A stretch of 64,000 nt of DNA from Acidimicrobiales bacterium (GTDB lineage Bacteria > Actinomycetota > Acidimicrobiia > Acidimicrobiales > Aldehydirespiratoraceae): assembly GCA_022425325.1 (NCBI GenBank), contig JAKMFW010000100.1:1-64000 (forward strand), in the 5' to 3' direction. Below, piece by piece: positions 1 to 9,404 of the stretch. How positions within the stretch are numbered: the first letter of the stretch is position 1; each line of letters starts with the position of its first letter. The position numbers were made by a program, and so were the translations under genes. Below the pieces are notes generated by a model. It saw only the letters and a program-made list of their open reading frames with translations. It was not told where the DNA came from and did no database searches.

Positions 1-575
1 GGACCCCACATGGGATCACCGGCGTGGTTCTTCCAGACACGAGCGCGAAGGGTCGCCGCCGTCGGCGGCTTTCCGCTGCGGCTCAGCATCAAGGGGTCGG
101 CGCCGACGCTCCAGCGCCCGCGAGGCATCGACGGCTCCACGATGAAGGGCGTGTCGGGGTCGAAGGTGCCGAGCAGTGGTTCGACCCCGGATTCGCTGAA
201 CGTGCCGAGCCGGACCGGCTCACGGAGCGACGCCGCCGGCCGGCGTGGGTTGGGCCGGACAAGCTGGTTGTCGGCATCGATCGCCACCGTTTCGTGCGAT
301 GTGGTCCAGGTGACTCGAAGACTCGACGTTCCGTACGCATCGCGAAGGGTGGACCGGACGGCAGCGTCGTCCTCGGCTCGCTGTCGGCGACGGGCCTCGA
401 GGCGTTCCGCTCGGGTGCCGTGGTGTTGCTCGCTCTCGGGGACGAACCGGCCTCGGCTCGTATTGCCGAGCCAGTCGAGCACGATCCAGATGGCCCCTGC
501 GATGACCCAGACACTGACAAACGAGAAGACGACCCGATCGCCGGAGAGGATCTCGTCGATGAACTCGCCAATCAT
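1..575 (-). CDS. Hypothetical membrane-anchored protein; the 5' end is at 575 and the gene runs off the window edge (3' partial)
   Basis: It is not in the ORF track because no stop codon lies within the window. I translated the minus strand by hand: MIGEFIDEILSGDRVVFSFVSVWVIAGAIWIVLDWLGNTSRGRF..., with GC3-rich codons and one N-terminal TM helix. The ATG at 575-573 overlaps the nucleoside hydrolase stop at 574-572 (ATGA coupling). Confidence 0.5.
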   Translation of the reverse strand, partial: MIGEFIDEILSGDRVVFSFVSVWVIAGAIWIVLDWLGNTSRGRFVPESEQHHGTRAERLEARRRQRAEDDAAVRSTLRDAYGTSSLRVTWTTSHETVAIDADNQLVRPNPRRPAASLREPVRLGTFSESGVEPLLGTFDPDTPFIVEPSMPRGRWSVGADPLMLSRSGKPPTAATLRARVWKNHAGDPMWG

Positions 576-1519
576 CGGGAGGCATCGAGAGCGACGATCG
601 CATCGACGATGCCATCGATGACAGCCTGCTCATCGGCGTCGAGAAGGACGCGGGCATTGGCAGGCGCAGGGCCCTCGCCCGCTCGCCCGCCCGGCCGGTC
701 GTCGACGACGGTCATGCCGCGAGTGATCGTGCCCGACAGTTCGACCTCGACGGGACGCTCGACACCGGTGAAAAGTTCGGGCGCCACGACCGACATCACC
801 GCAGTGGCGTCGTGGATCGGTGCGCCGTCGCGCCCGGTGATCTCGTCGGCACGGGCAACGGCGAAGTCGAGAAGGTCGGCGGCGAGAGTGGCGGCCGGGC
901 CGCCTGCTGCTCGCATGCGATCGCGGTCGGTTGCGCCCATCAGGACTCGATGAGTGACGTCCAGTCCGACCATCGTGGTCATCGGGAACTCGCGGAACAC
1001 GATCGCCGCAGCCTCGGGGTCGGCCCAGACGTTGAACTCGGCAACTGCGGTCACGTTGCCGACATGGGCACCGCCACCCATGATCGTGAACCCACCGAGC
1101 CGGCTCGGCAGAGAGGGATCGCGGCGCAGCGCCAAGGCGATGTTGGTGAGTGGTCCGACGGCCACCAACTGGAGATCGTCGACCGAACGGGCCATGTCGA
1201 GGATGAAGCCCACCGCATCATCGGAGTCGATATCACGGTCGAGGTCCGGGATCTCGACCGAGCCGAGACCGGTCGGGCCGTGAACGTAGGCGGCATCGAT
1301 CGTCGGGGCGATCAGCGGGCGTGTGGCGCCACGGTGAACCGGGATGTTGCGGCCACTGACCTGGGCGACAGCGAGCGCGTTATGGGTCGTATGCTCGATC
1401 CCGACGTTGCCGTTCACCGTTGTGATGCCCACAAGGTCGGTGAGCTGGGCGGCGGCCAAGAGCGCGATGGCGTCGTCGAGGCCGGGGTCGCAGTCGATCA
1501 GCATCGAGAGGCGTGACAT
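572..1519 (-). CDS. Nucleoside hydrolase (inosine-uridine preferring, IunH/RihA family)
   Basis: The N-terminal motif DCDPGLDDAIAL (DXDXXXDD) is characteristic of nucleoside hydrolases. I placed the start at the internal Met MSRLSML (cat at 1517-1519) instead of the longer ORF-track start. It lies directly downstream of ribokinase. Confidence 0.8.
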   Translation of the reverse strand: MSRLSMLIDCDPGLDDAIALLAAAQLTDLVGITTVNGNVGIEHTTHNALAVAQVSGRNIPVHRGATRPLIAPTIDAAYVHGPTGLGSVEIPDLDRDIDSDDAVGFILDMARSVDDLQLVAVGPLTNIALALRRDPSLPSRLGGFTIMGGGAHVGNVTAVAEFNVWADPEAAAIVFREFPMTTMVGLDVTHRVLMGATDRDRMRAAGGPAATLAADLLDFAVARADEITGRDGAPIHDATAVMSVVAPELFTGVERPVEVELSGTITRGMTVVDDRPGGRAGEGPAPANARVLLDADEQAVIDGIVDAIVALDASR

Positions 1520-1556
1520 GGCGACGATGCTACGGGCGAGCGCCGCCGGCCGCAGG

Positions 1557-2462
1557 TCAGTCGCCGATGAGGCGCCCGACCTCGTCGGGGGTCGGCAGCG
1601 ATGGCTGCGCCCCCGGACGCTGGGTCGTGGCCGCACCAACCCGGACGGCCCAATGGGTCGCCTCGACCAGATCTAGCCCGCGCACCAGGCCATCGGCGAG
1701 CGCGCCACAGAACGAATCACCCGCCGCCGTGGTGTCGACCGGACGCACAACGGGAGCGGGCACGTGGGTCGCCTCGCCGTCGAGCACCACGAGGGCACCC
1801 TCGGCGCCGAGGGTGACGATCACCGACGGGCTCGGCAGACGGATCGCGAGCTCGGCGGCAGTGGCTCGGTCGACGGGGCCGTCGTGGCCGGCGATGGTGG
1901 CGAGTTCCGTCTGGTTGGGCACGAGCACGTCGACGTCGGCGAGCAGCGACATCGGGAGGGGTTCCGGCGAAGCAGGTGCCGGGTTGAGGATCACGGTGCC
2001 GCCCGCTCGGGCGGCGGCAGCGGCAACGGCGTCGAGCGGCACCTCGAGCTGCAGAAGGGTGACGGCGGCGGTATCGAGGACGGCGCCAGCTGCCTCGATG
2101 TCGGCGGGCGCGACCCGGCCATTCGCGCCGGGACTCACCACGATCGCGTTGTCGCCGTCGGCTCCGACCGAGATCAACGCGACGCCGTTGGGGACATCGG
2201 CGGTGGTGAGGAGATGGCGGGTGTCGACGCCGTCACCGTCGAGGGCGGATCGGAGCATGGTGCCGCCCTCGTCATCGCCGAGACGCCCGATCATCGCAAC
2301 ATGTCGTCCGAGGCGTGCAGCCGCGACGGCCTGGTTGGCGCCCTTGCCGCCGGGGATCCGACGCAGGTCGCCTCCGAGGACGGTTTCCCCGACCAGCGGG
2401 ATGGTGTCGACCTCGACGACGAGGTCGAGGTTTGCGCTACCGACGACGGCGATCTCGGTCAT
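1557..2462 (-). CDS. rbsK: Ribokinase / PfkB-family carbohydrate kinase
   Basis: It has the PfkB signatures: an N-terminal GSANLDLV, a GG (GGKGANQA) motif and the C-terminal DTTAAGDSF anion-hole motif. The start was moved to MTEIAVVGS (cat at 2460-2462). Confidence 0.8.
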   Translation of the reverse strand: MTEIAVVGSANLDLVVEVDTIPLVGETVLGGDLRRIPGGKGANQAVAAARLGRHVAMIGRLGDDEGGTMLRSALDGDGVDTRHLLTTADVPNGVALISVGADGDNAIVVSPGANGRVAPADIEAAGAVLDTAAVTLLQLEVPLDAVAAAAARAGGTVILNPAPASPEPLPMSLLADVDVLVPNQTELATIAGHDGPVDRATAAELAIRLPSPSVIVTLGAEGALVVLDGEATHVPAPVVRPVDTTAAGDSFCGALADGLVRGLDLVEATHWAVRVGAATTQRPGAQPSLPTPDEVGRLIGD

Positions 2463-2466
2463 CGGA

Positions 2467-2889
2467 TCAGCGGACCACGCCGTCTTCGAGCTCGTACAGG
2501 CGCTTGACCGCACCGACGAGGATCTTGCGGGCGAGCTTGGGGCTCTCGTCGAGCAGCGATGAGAACTCGCGCCGGTTGAGGGTCTCGACCACCATCGGGC
2601 TCTCGGCGGTGACGGTGGCCGTGCGGGGCACGCCGGCGATTACGGCGAGCTCGCCGAAGAAGTCGCCCGGGCCGAGGGTGGCGACAAGGCGCCCGTTGCG
2701 GCGCACGCTGGCCTCGCCGTCGACGATGATCATGAAGTCACGTCCGGTGGTGCCCTGCACGGTGAGATCTCGGCCCTGACGCACATCGGTCGTCGTCATG
2801 TACGACGCGACCTTCTTGATCTCCTTGCCGGTGAGCTCGGAGAACAGTTCGATGCTGGCGAGGCGTTCGACCAACGACGACATGTGCAT
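2467..2889 (-). CDS. Standalone cyclic-nucleotide-binding (CNB/Crp-like) domain protein
   Basis: This 140-aa protein carries FGELA and RTATV motifs typical of cNMP-binding beta-barrels. There is no DNA-binding HTH. Its stop sits 4 nt upstream of the ribokinase start. Confidence 0.7.
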   Translation of the reverse strand: MHMSSLVERLASIELFSELTGKEIKKVASYMTTTDVRQGRDLTVQGTTGRDFMIIVDGEASVRRNGRLVATLGPGDFFGELAVIAGVPRTATVTAESPMVVETLNRREFSSLLDESPKLARKILVGAVKRLYELEDGVVR

Positions 2890-2937
2890 GCACCCCCGAA
2901 TGAGCGATCGTCCCCGCTCGGGACGGTCCCGTGTCTA

Positions 2938-3897
2938 TCAGAAGACGGCGACCGGGCTGACTGGTGCGCCGCAGCCGCCGACGAAGGGCTCGGGGTTCGC
3001 TGCGAGGAAGAAGGTGTGGCGGCCCTCCTCGGCGCAGGCGACCGACAACGCCTCGAGATCCCAGATCTGTCCGGTGGTGAGTCCCATGTCGACGATCGCC
3101 AGGCAGTGGACCGCGAGCATGTTCTCGGGCTCCGGGCCAGGAAAGACCTCGAAGGTCAGGACGTCGTCGGCGACCGCAGCGACGTCGTTGCGGTGGAACC
3201 ACCGACACGCGTCGATGCCCGGGCCGGGGTTCGAGGCGTCGCCGGCGGGACCCATGATGTACGAGAGCCCGCCACCGTCCTTGAACGAACGGATTCGGCC
3301 CGTGCGGATCAGCACGATGTCGCCGGGCCGCATCTCGACGCCCGCCCACGCAGCCGTCTCGTCGAGTTCGTCACTCGTGATCTCGTGACCGCCGGGGAGT
3401 TGGTCGACTCCTCGCATCGCAGCGACATCGAGGAGCACGCCGCGACCGACAAGCGTGCGTACGTTCTCGATCCCGAGCACGGTCGATCCGCCAAGTGCAG
3501 TGACGGTGTCGGCCGGGACACCGTTGTACAGCGAGCCTGCGTAGCTGACATGGCCGAGTGCGTCCCAGTGGGTCGCAGCCTGCAAACCCATCACGACATG
3601 GTCGTCGTTGAAGTGGGGGACCATGGCGTTGCCGTCGGGGTCGCCGAGATCCGGGTTGTTGATGTAGTTCATCGCCCGCAGTGGGTTGACCCGGCCGGGT
3701 ATCGAACCGATCTGGGGTCCGTTCGGCGAGAGATCGATCGCCATCGGGACCCGCCGACCCGAACGGATTGTCGACGCAGCGTGGGCAACGGCTTCGTCGG
3801 TGAGCAGGTTGAGCGTGCCGAGGCGGTCGTCGTCACCCCACCGGCCCCAGTTGCGGACTTCGGTACTGATCTCGTGGAAGCGATCGTTGAACGACAT
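2938..3897 (-). CDS. Cyclase-family protein (kynurenine formamidase-like metal hydrolase)
   Basis: It has the HxDxxxH-like metal-binding pattern and overall cyclase-family composition. I placed the start at MSFNDRF (cat at 3895-3897), which has an AGGAAGGA Shine-Dalgarno sequence upstream. Confidence 0.65.
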   Translation of the reverse strand: MSFNDRFHEISTEVRNWGRWGDDDRLGTLNLLTDEAVAHAASTIRSGRRVPMAIDLSPNGPQIGSIPGRVNPLRAMNYINNPDLGDPDGNAMVPHFNDDHVVMGLQAATHWDALGHVSYAGSLYNGVPADTVTALGGSTVLGIENVRTLVGRGVLLDVAAMRGVDQLPGGHEITSDELDETAAWAGVEMRPGDIVLIRTGRIRSFKDGGGLSYIMGPAGDASNPGPGIDACRWFHRNDVAAVADDVLTFEVFPGPEPENMLAVHCLAIVDMGLTTGQIWDLEALSVACAEEGRHTFFLAANPEPFVGGCGAPVSPVAVF

Positions 3898-3907
3898 GGA
3901 GTCCTTC

Positions 3908-4855
3908 CTAGTAGCCGGCGTCGATGTCGACCAGCCCGTCGAGGGGTTCACCTGCGCGCCAGGCGAGGTAATTGTGGTGGAACGTCTCGATCATTGTCTC
4001 GTACGCGCCCGGGCCCATCCACGAGGTGTGGGGTGTGAGGAGCACCTTGGGGTGGTGGTACATCCAGTGCCCCTCGGGCAGCGGCTCGGGGGTGCAGACG
4101 TCGAGCGAGGCCCGGGCGATCGTGTCGTTGTCGAGCGCAGTGCGCAGTGCGTCCTGGTCGACGAGGGTGCCCCGGGCGATGTTGCAGAAGTGCACGCCCG
4201 GCTTCATTTTCGCAAAGAGTTGGGTGTCGAACATGCCCTGGGTGTCGGGGGTCGAGGGAGCGGCGACCACGACATGATCGGCTTCGCCGATCACGGTCGC
4301 GATGTCGTTCACCACGGTCATGCCCGGGTGGGGTGCGTCGGTGCCTCGTCGGCGGACGCTGATGACGTTCATGTCGAGCGCAAGTGCGAGGCGGGCGACC
4401 TCGGACCCGATGCCACCCATGCCGAGAATCACGACGGTGGCGCCCCGCAGGGTTCCGACTCGGAAGTCGGGTCGGGACCAATCGGCCGGTGGTTGGTCGA
4501 GGAAGACGTCGGGGAGTCCCTTGGCGGCTGCGAGCATCTGGGCGAAGACCCACTCGCCGATCAATTCGCCGCTGATGCCGCGTGAGCAGGTGAGTGTCTG
4601 TCCCTGGAGGGCGTCGAACGGGAAGCTGTCGACACCGGTGCCGACGGTGTGCACCCACCTCGGACTCCGGGCCAGCAGGTCGGCGAGGTTGGGGCCGCCG
4701 TCGGTGCGGGTCAAGACGACCTCGCCGTCGATATCGGGAGGGATCTCGCCTTCGCGTGGGCATTCGACGACGCGTATCCCCGGCCACTCGTGGACCTGGG
4801 ACGGAAGCGGGAACTCACTGTGGTTGATGACGACGGTTTCCGTGGTGTCGGACAT
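3908..4855 (-). CDS. D-isomer-specific 2-hydroxyacid dehydrogenase, NAD-binding
   Basis: It has a Rossmann motif GMGGIGSEVARLA and the catalytic R..E..H arrangement (ARG...PEP...HTSW). The start was moved to MSDTTETVV. Confidence 0.75.
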   Translation of the reverse strand: MSDTTETVVINHSEFPLPSQVHEWPGIRVVECPREGEIPPDIDGEVVLTRTDGGPNLADLLARSPRWVHTVGTGVDSFPFDALQGQTLTCSRGISGELIGEWVFAQMLAAAKGLPDVFLDQPPADWSRPDFRVGTLRGATVVILGMGGIGSEVARLALALDMNVISVRRRGTDAPHPGMTVVNDIATVIGEADHVVVAAPSTPDTQGMFDTQLFAKMKPGVHFCNIARGTLVDQDALRTALDNDTIARASLDVCTPEPLPEGHWMYHHPKVLLTPHTSWMGPGAYETMIETFHHNYLAWRAGEPLDGLVDIDAGY

Positions 4856-4926
4856 GGCGTGGGACCGTACCCGCCGAGACCCCCGCAAGGAATCGGAGTA
4901 CGGTTGGGCGGGACGGTGATGCGGGT

Positions 4927-5457
4927 ATGACGGCTCTCTATCTTTTTTGTGCGGCGGTCGGCATTCCGTTGCTGCTGTGGTTCTCCTTGGCCGGCGATGC
5001 CGATGGTGGCGACGGGTTCGGCGACGCCGATGCCGACGGCCCCCTTGCGTTCTTGTCGTTGTCGACGTTGTCGTTCGTGCTGGGGTTCTTCGGCCTGACC
5101 GGTCTGTTGCTCGACATCGTCGGTACCGCTGGTCTCCTCACCTTGCTCGTGGCGATCATCACCGCCATCGCCGCCGGCGCCTTCAACAGCGCGGCCTTTC
5201 GTTGGCTTCGAAGAAACTCCAACTCCAGCGAGGTCATGGACCACGAACTCGAGGGCATGATCGCCGACGTGGCCCTCCCGATCAGCGGCGAACACCGTGG
5301 CAAGATCGTCCTCACGAAGGCCGGCGCTCGCGAACAGATGACCGCGACCCCGGTCGACGGCTCCACGATCGATCCGGGGGAGCGCGTCGTGATCGTCCGG
5401 GTGGAAGGCGGGGTCGCCCTTGTCGCACCCCTCGGACCCGATCTCGAACTCGGCTGA
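4927..5457 (+). CDS. NfeD-like membrane protein (YqiJ/YuaF family) with a C-terminal OB-fold
   Basis: The N-terminal hydrophobic helices are followed by a soluble beta-rich C-terminus (GKIVLTKAG...GERVVIVRVEGGVALV). It sits immediately upstream of the flotillin gene, which is the canonical NfeD-SPFH pairing. Confidence 0.65.
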   Translation: MTALYLFCAAVGIPLLLWFSLAGDADGGDGFGDADADGPLAFLSLSTLSFVLGFFGLTGLLLDIVGTAGLLTLLVAIITAIAAGAFNSAAFRWLRRNSNSSEVMDHELEGMIADVALPISGEHRGKIVLTKAGAREQMTATPVDGSTIDPGERVVIVRVEGGVALVAPLGPDLELG

Positions 5458-5533
5458 CCCTTACTCGATTACCCGGCTCGCCGGGAACCAACCTCCGGTC
5501 CGGCCGGAGACAACCAGGAAAGAGAGACCACTG

Positions 5534-6829
5534 ATGGCTACCGCAATCGCCTTGGCGATCGTCGCCGTGCTCGCCGTCCTTTTCGTGATCATGATCGTCA
5601 GTTCGCTGATCGTGATCTGTCCCCCCAACAAGGTCGCTGTGATCTCCGGTCGAACGCGCACCCTGTCGGATGGGCGAACGGTCGGCTATCGCATTCTCAA
5701 GGGTGGCCGCACGCTACGAATCCCGATCCTGGAGAAGGTCTCCTGGATGGATCTCAGCACGATTCCACTCGAGGTCTCGGTCACCAACGCCTACTCGAAG
5801 GGCGCGATCCCGCTCAACGTGCAGGGCATTGCCAACGTGAAGGTGTCGAGCGCGGAGGGTCTGCTCGAGAACGCCGCCGAGCGCTTCCTCGACCGCCCCA
5901 CCGAACAGATCGGCCAGATCGCCAAGGAGACCCTCGAAGCCAACCTGCGCGGTGTGCTCGCCACGCTCTCGCCCGAAGAGGTCAACGAGGACCGGTTGAA
6001 GTTCTCTCATCAGCTGATCGACGAAGCCGACGACGACATCAAGACCTTGGGCCTCGAACTCGACGTGATGAAGATTCAGAACGTCACCGACGACAACCAG
6101 TACCTCGACTCGGTCGGCCGTCGACTTACGGCCGAGGTCGTCAAGCAGGCCCGTGTGGCCGAGGCCGAACGGATGGCCGAGTCCGAGGCAGCCGAGGCGG
6201 CCGCCCGAGAGCGAGCCCAGATCGCCACGGCGCAGGCCGACAAGAACATCGTCGAGGAGCAGAACCAGCTCCGTGTCCGCACCGCCGAGCTCGAAGCGAT
6301 CGCCAAGGCGAAGGAGGAGGAAGCGTCCGTCGCCGGCGACATCGCGCGTGCCACCGCCGAGCAGGAGCTCGAGCAGCAGCGCATCGAGCTGGAGCGCCGA
6401 CGCCTCGAGGCCGATGTCGTCACGCCCGCCAAGGCCAACCTCGAAGCCAAGCAGCTCGCCGCTCAGGCGGAGGCCGCCAAGATCATCGAGGACGGCAAGG
6501 CCCAGGTCGAGGTGTTCCAGCGACTGACGGAGCAGTACCAGGCCGCCGGCGACGACGGCCAGCGCATCTTCGTGCTTAACATGCTGCCGGAGCTCGTCGA
6601 CAAGATCGTGTCGACGGTTAACAATGTCGACATCGACCGGGTCGCCATCGTCGACAACGGCGGCGGTCAGGGCGGGGGGATTCCCAGCCTCGTGTCGCAG
6701 CTGCCGGGTGCGGTCGTCTCGCTCACCGAACAGATCGAGGCCGCCACCGGTGTCGACATTCTCGGCTCGATGCGCAGCGACCAGGCGGATTCGGAGCTTC
6801 CTCCTCCGCCGCCAGCACCGGAAGCCTGA
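5534..6829 (+). CDS. Flotillin / SPFH (band-7) domain protein with a long coiled-coil (EA-repeat) region
   Basis: An N-terminal TM helix is followed by an SPFH domain (KVAVISGRTR...GIANVKVS) and then an Ala/Glu-rich coiled coil. The start ATG at 5534 follows a GGAAAGAGAG ribosome-binding site. Confidence 0.8.
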   Translation: MATAIALAIVAVLAVLFVIMIVSSLIVICPPNKVAVISGRTRTLSDGRTVGYRILKGGRTLRIPILEKVSWMDLSTIPLEVSVTNAYSKGAIPLNVQGIANVKVSSAEGLLENAAERFLDRPTEQIGQIAKETLEANLRGVLATLSPEEVNEDRLKFSHQLIDEADDDIKTLGLELDVMKIQNVTDDNQYLDSVGRRLTAEVVKQARVAEAERMAESEAAEAAARERAQIATAQADKNIVEEQNQLRVRTAELEAIAKAKEEEASVAGDIARATAEQELEQQRIELERRRLEADVVTPAKANLEAKQLAAQAEAAKIIEDGKAQVEVFQRLTEQYQAAGDDGQRIFVLNMLPELVDKIVSTVNNVDIDRVAIVDNGGGQGGGIPSLVSQLPGAVVSLTEQIEAATGVDILGSMRSDQADSELPPPPPAPEA

Positions 6830-6941
6830 CCGGTCGGCCAGTCGCTGTGTGACCTCGACGTCGGCGGGAAGTGGGCCCGTTGGCGTCTGGACGACCGAAC
6901 TCGATTCGCATCGCCGGGGTCGGTTCGTCCACAGTTGACCG

Positions 6942-7529
6942 ATGGCCGACGAGCCCCGACGCACGCAGGCGCAACAGGAGCGCCGCATCCGAATCCTGGA
7001 GACCGCCATGCGCCTAGCGGGCGAGGGTGGGTACGAAGCCGTGCAGATGCGTGCGGTGGCCGAGGAGTCTGGCGTCGCGCTCGGCACGATCTACCGCTAC
7101 TACTCCGGCAAGGACGAGATGCTCATCGCCGGCCTCGCCGGCTGGCTGCGACGCACCCGTCGCCGGGTCGAGTCCGGTTCGCTTGCCGGCGACACGCCGG
7201 GCGACCGACTCGTCTTCCTGCTCGAGCGTTCAGCCGCTCACGCCCAGAACCGGCCCACGCTGATGGGCGCGTTGATCCGGGCGCTCGGCACGACTTCGCC
7301 GGCGGCGATCGAGCACAAGCTCGATGTCGACACCCAACTGCGGGCGCTGGTCGTCACCGCGCTCGGTCCTGATCGGGGACTCGATGCCGAGGGCATCGCC
7401 CGCGTGATCGGCCATGTGTGGTCTTCGGCGCTCTCTCGGTGGGTCAGCGGCATCGCCCCCGACGAAAGCGTGCAGGCCGAACTCACCCACGCGGCGAGAA
7501 TGCTCGTCGGGACTCCCGCCCGGGTGTGA
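6942..7529 (+). CDS. TetR-family transcriptional regulator
   Basis: It has an N-terminal HTH (RILETAMRLAGEGGYEAVQMRAVAEESGVALGTIYRYYSGKDEML) followed by a C-terminal ligand-binding region. Confidence 0.8.
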   Translation: MADEPRRTQAQQERRIRILETAMRLAGEGGYEAVQMRAVAEESGVALGTIYRYYSGKDEMLIAGLAGWLRRTRRRVESGSLAGDTPGDRLVFLLERSAAHAQNRPTLMGALIRALGTTSPAAIEHKLDVDTQLRALVVTALGPDRGLDAEGIARVIGHVWSSALSRWVSGIAPDESVQAELTHAARMLVGTPARV

Positions 7530-7623
7530 TCATCGATTCCTGGGCGCCTCCACCAGTCGAGAGGTTGGGGCGGAGCGGGAACCCCCGGTTAGCATCCGGG
7601 CGTCCCACATTCAGGAGCTCGAC

Positions 7624-8541
7624 ATGACCGGACATCTCGAAGGCAAAAACATCGCAATCACCGGCGGTGGATCCGGCATCGGCAGGGCGATCGCCCTCGC
7701 CTGCGCCGACGAGGGCGCCAACATCGTCGTCGCCGACTACGGCGTGGCGATGGACGGCAGTGATCCGTCGAGCGAGGTCGCCGACGCCGTTGTCGCCGAG
7801 ATCACGGCCAAGGGCGGCAATGCCGTCGCCGTCGCCGGTGATATCTCCCAGTTCGATGTCGGCGAGCAGGTCGTCGCCAGCGCCGTCGACAACTGGGGTT
7901 CGATCGACGGTGTCGTCTGCCCTGCGGGCGTGCTGCGTGAGCGCATGCTGTTCAACATGAGCGAAGACGAGTGGGATCACGTCGTCGCCGTGCATCTCAA
8001 GGGCCACTTCAACGTGTACCGAGCTGCGTTCGCCCGGATGCGCAAGCAGGAGACGGGCGGCTCGCTCGTGGGCTTCACCTCGGGTGCCTTCACCGCCTCC
8101 ACGGCACAGGCGAACTACTCGGCGGCAAAGGGTGGCATCGTCAGCCTCACCCGTTCGGCGGCCATGACCGCAGCCAGCCTCCGCATGCGCGGCGGCCCCG
8201 CGATCAACGCCAACTGCATTGCGCCGGTTGCCAAGACCCGCATGAGCGAGAACGTCCCGTTCGAGATCGAGACCGGCGAACCCGAGGACATCGCCCCGAT
8301 GGCGATCTACCTGCTCTCCGACGCCGGTCGTGATGTCAACGCCCAGATCTACACCGTTGTCGGTGGGCGCATCAGCGTCTGGAACCAGCCGATGGAGGTC
8401 CGCACGATGATGGCGGGCGACGATGGCTGGACCCCGGAGTCGATTGCCGATCGTTTCGACGAGGTCGGGCAGGAACCCAATCCGTTCATCGCTGACCTTG
8501 AACGTCGCATGGCGGAGATGGCCACCGAGAAGGGCGAGTGA
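7624..8541 (+). CDS. Short-chain dehydrogenase/reductase (SDR)
   Basis: It has the TGGGSGIG cofactor motif, an NAG motif and a YxxxK (YSAAK) catalytic motif. The start ATG at 7624 follows an AGGAG ribosome-binding site. Confidence 0.8.
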   Translation: MTGHLEGKNIAITGGGSGIGRAIALACADEGANIVVADYGVAMDGSDPSSEVADAVVAEITAKGGNAVAVAGDISQFDVGEQVVASAVDNWGSIDGVVCPAGVLRERMLFNMSEDEWDHVVAVHLKGHFNVYRAAFARMRKQETGGSLVGFTSGAFTASTAQANYSAAKGGIVSLTRSAAMTAASLRMRGGPAINANCIAPVAKTRMSENVPFEIETGEPEDIAPMAIYLLSDAGRDVNAQIYTVVGGRISVWNQPMEVRTMMAGDDGWTPESIADRFDEVGQEPNPFIADLERRMAEMATEKGE

Positions 8542-9314
8542 TGCCCACGCCGCCGGCCGGTCGCGAGTTGCTCGCCGGCAAGCGGGTGGTCGTTACCGCG
8601 GCGGCCGGGACCGGTATCGGCTCTGCCGTTGCGGAACGTTGCCTGCTCGAGGGCGCGCAGGTTTTGATCTCCGACATCCACGAACGCCGACTCGGCGAGA
8701 CCGCCGACCGTCTCGCCGAGGCCACCGGCGTCCGACCGCACACGGCGATCTGCAACGTCACGGTCGAGGATGATGTGCAGGCGCTTGTGGCGGCGGCGGT
8801 CGAAGCCATGGGCGGCATCGACGTGATGATGAACAATGCCGGGCTCGGCGGACAGGTCAAGCTCGTCGACATGACCGACGAGCAATGGTCGTCGGTGCTC
8901 ACCGTCACCCTCGACGGCACGATGCGTTGCACCCGAGCCGTCATGCGCCACATGATCGACGCCGGTATCGAGGGCGCAATCGTCAACAACGCATCGGTTG
9001 TCGGGTGGCGAGCCCAGGCCGAACAGTGCCATTACGCCGCCGCAAAGGCGGGTGTGATGGCACTCACCCGGTGTGCGGCGATTGAGGCCGCCGAACACGG
9101 CGTCAACATCAATGCGGTTGCGCCGAGCATCGCCATGCACGCCTTTCTCGAGAAGGTCTCCGACCCGGATCTTCTCGACGATCTCGCTGCAGGCGAGGCG
9201 TTCGGTCGGGCCGCAGAACCGTGGGAGGTTGCCAACGTGATGGTGTTCCTCGCCAGCGATCTTGCAGGGTATATGACGGGCGAAATCGTGTCGGTCAGCT
9301 CTCAGCATTCCTGA
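8538..9314 (+). CDS. Short-chain dehydrogenase/reductase (SDR), second copy of an adjacent pair
   Basis: It has the TAAAGTGIG glycine motif, an NNAG motif and a YAAAK catalytic motif. Its ATG overlaps the upstream SDR stop (ATGA). Confidence 0.8.
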   Translation: MMPTPPAGRELLAGKRVVVTAAAGTGIGSAVAERCLLEGAQVLISDIHERRLGETADRLAEATGVRPHTAICNVTVEDDVQALVAAAVEAMGGIDVMMNNAGLGGQVKLVDMTDEQWSSVLTVTLDGTMRCTRAVMRHMIDAGIEGAIVNNASVVGWRAQAEQCHYAAAKAGVMALTRCAAIEAAEHGVNINAVAPSIAMHAFLEKVSDPDLLDDLAAGEAFGRAAEPWEVANVMVFLASDLAGYMTGEIVSVSSQHS

Positions 9315-9404
9315 CGGGCACTTCCCAGCCCAGACGGCAGGTGGTAAACCCTTTGGTGCGGGCCGTGCGTGGCGCAGCCCGTCCATCGACCTTGGGGGAT
9401 TTCG

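Noticed and set aside
175-195. tRNA T-arm-like motif GGTTCGACCCC
   Set aside because: It lies inside a GC3-rich coding frame (the minus-strand gene 1..575). No acceptor or anticodon arms can be built, so it is coincidental.
24-953. 309-aa plus-strand ORF at the window start
   Set aside because: It is antisense to the hand-translated minus-strand gene (1..575) and to the nucleoside hydrolase. It is an Arg/Ala/Pro-rich shadow frame.
5714-7087. 457-aa minus-strand ORF antisense to the flotillin gene
   Set aside because: It overlaps a strongly supported SPFH/flotillin gene on the plus strand. It is Arg/Leu/Gly-rich with low complexity, typical of a high-GC antisense frame, and has no motifs.
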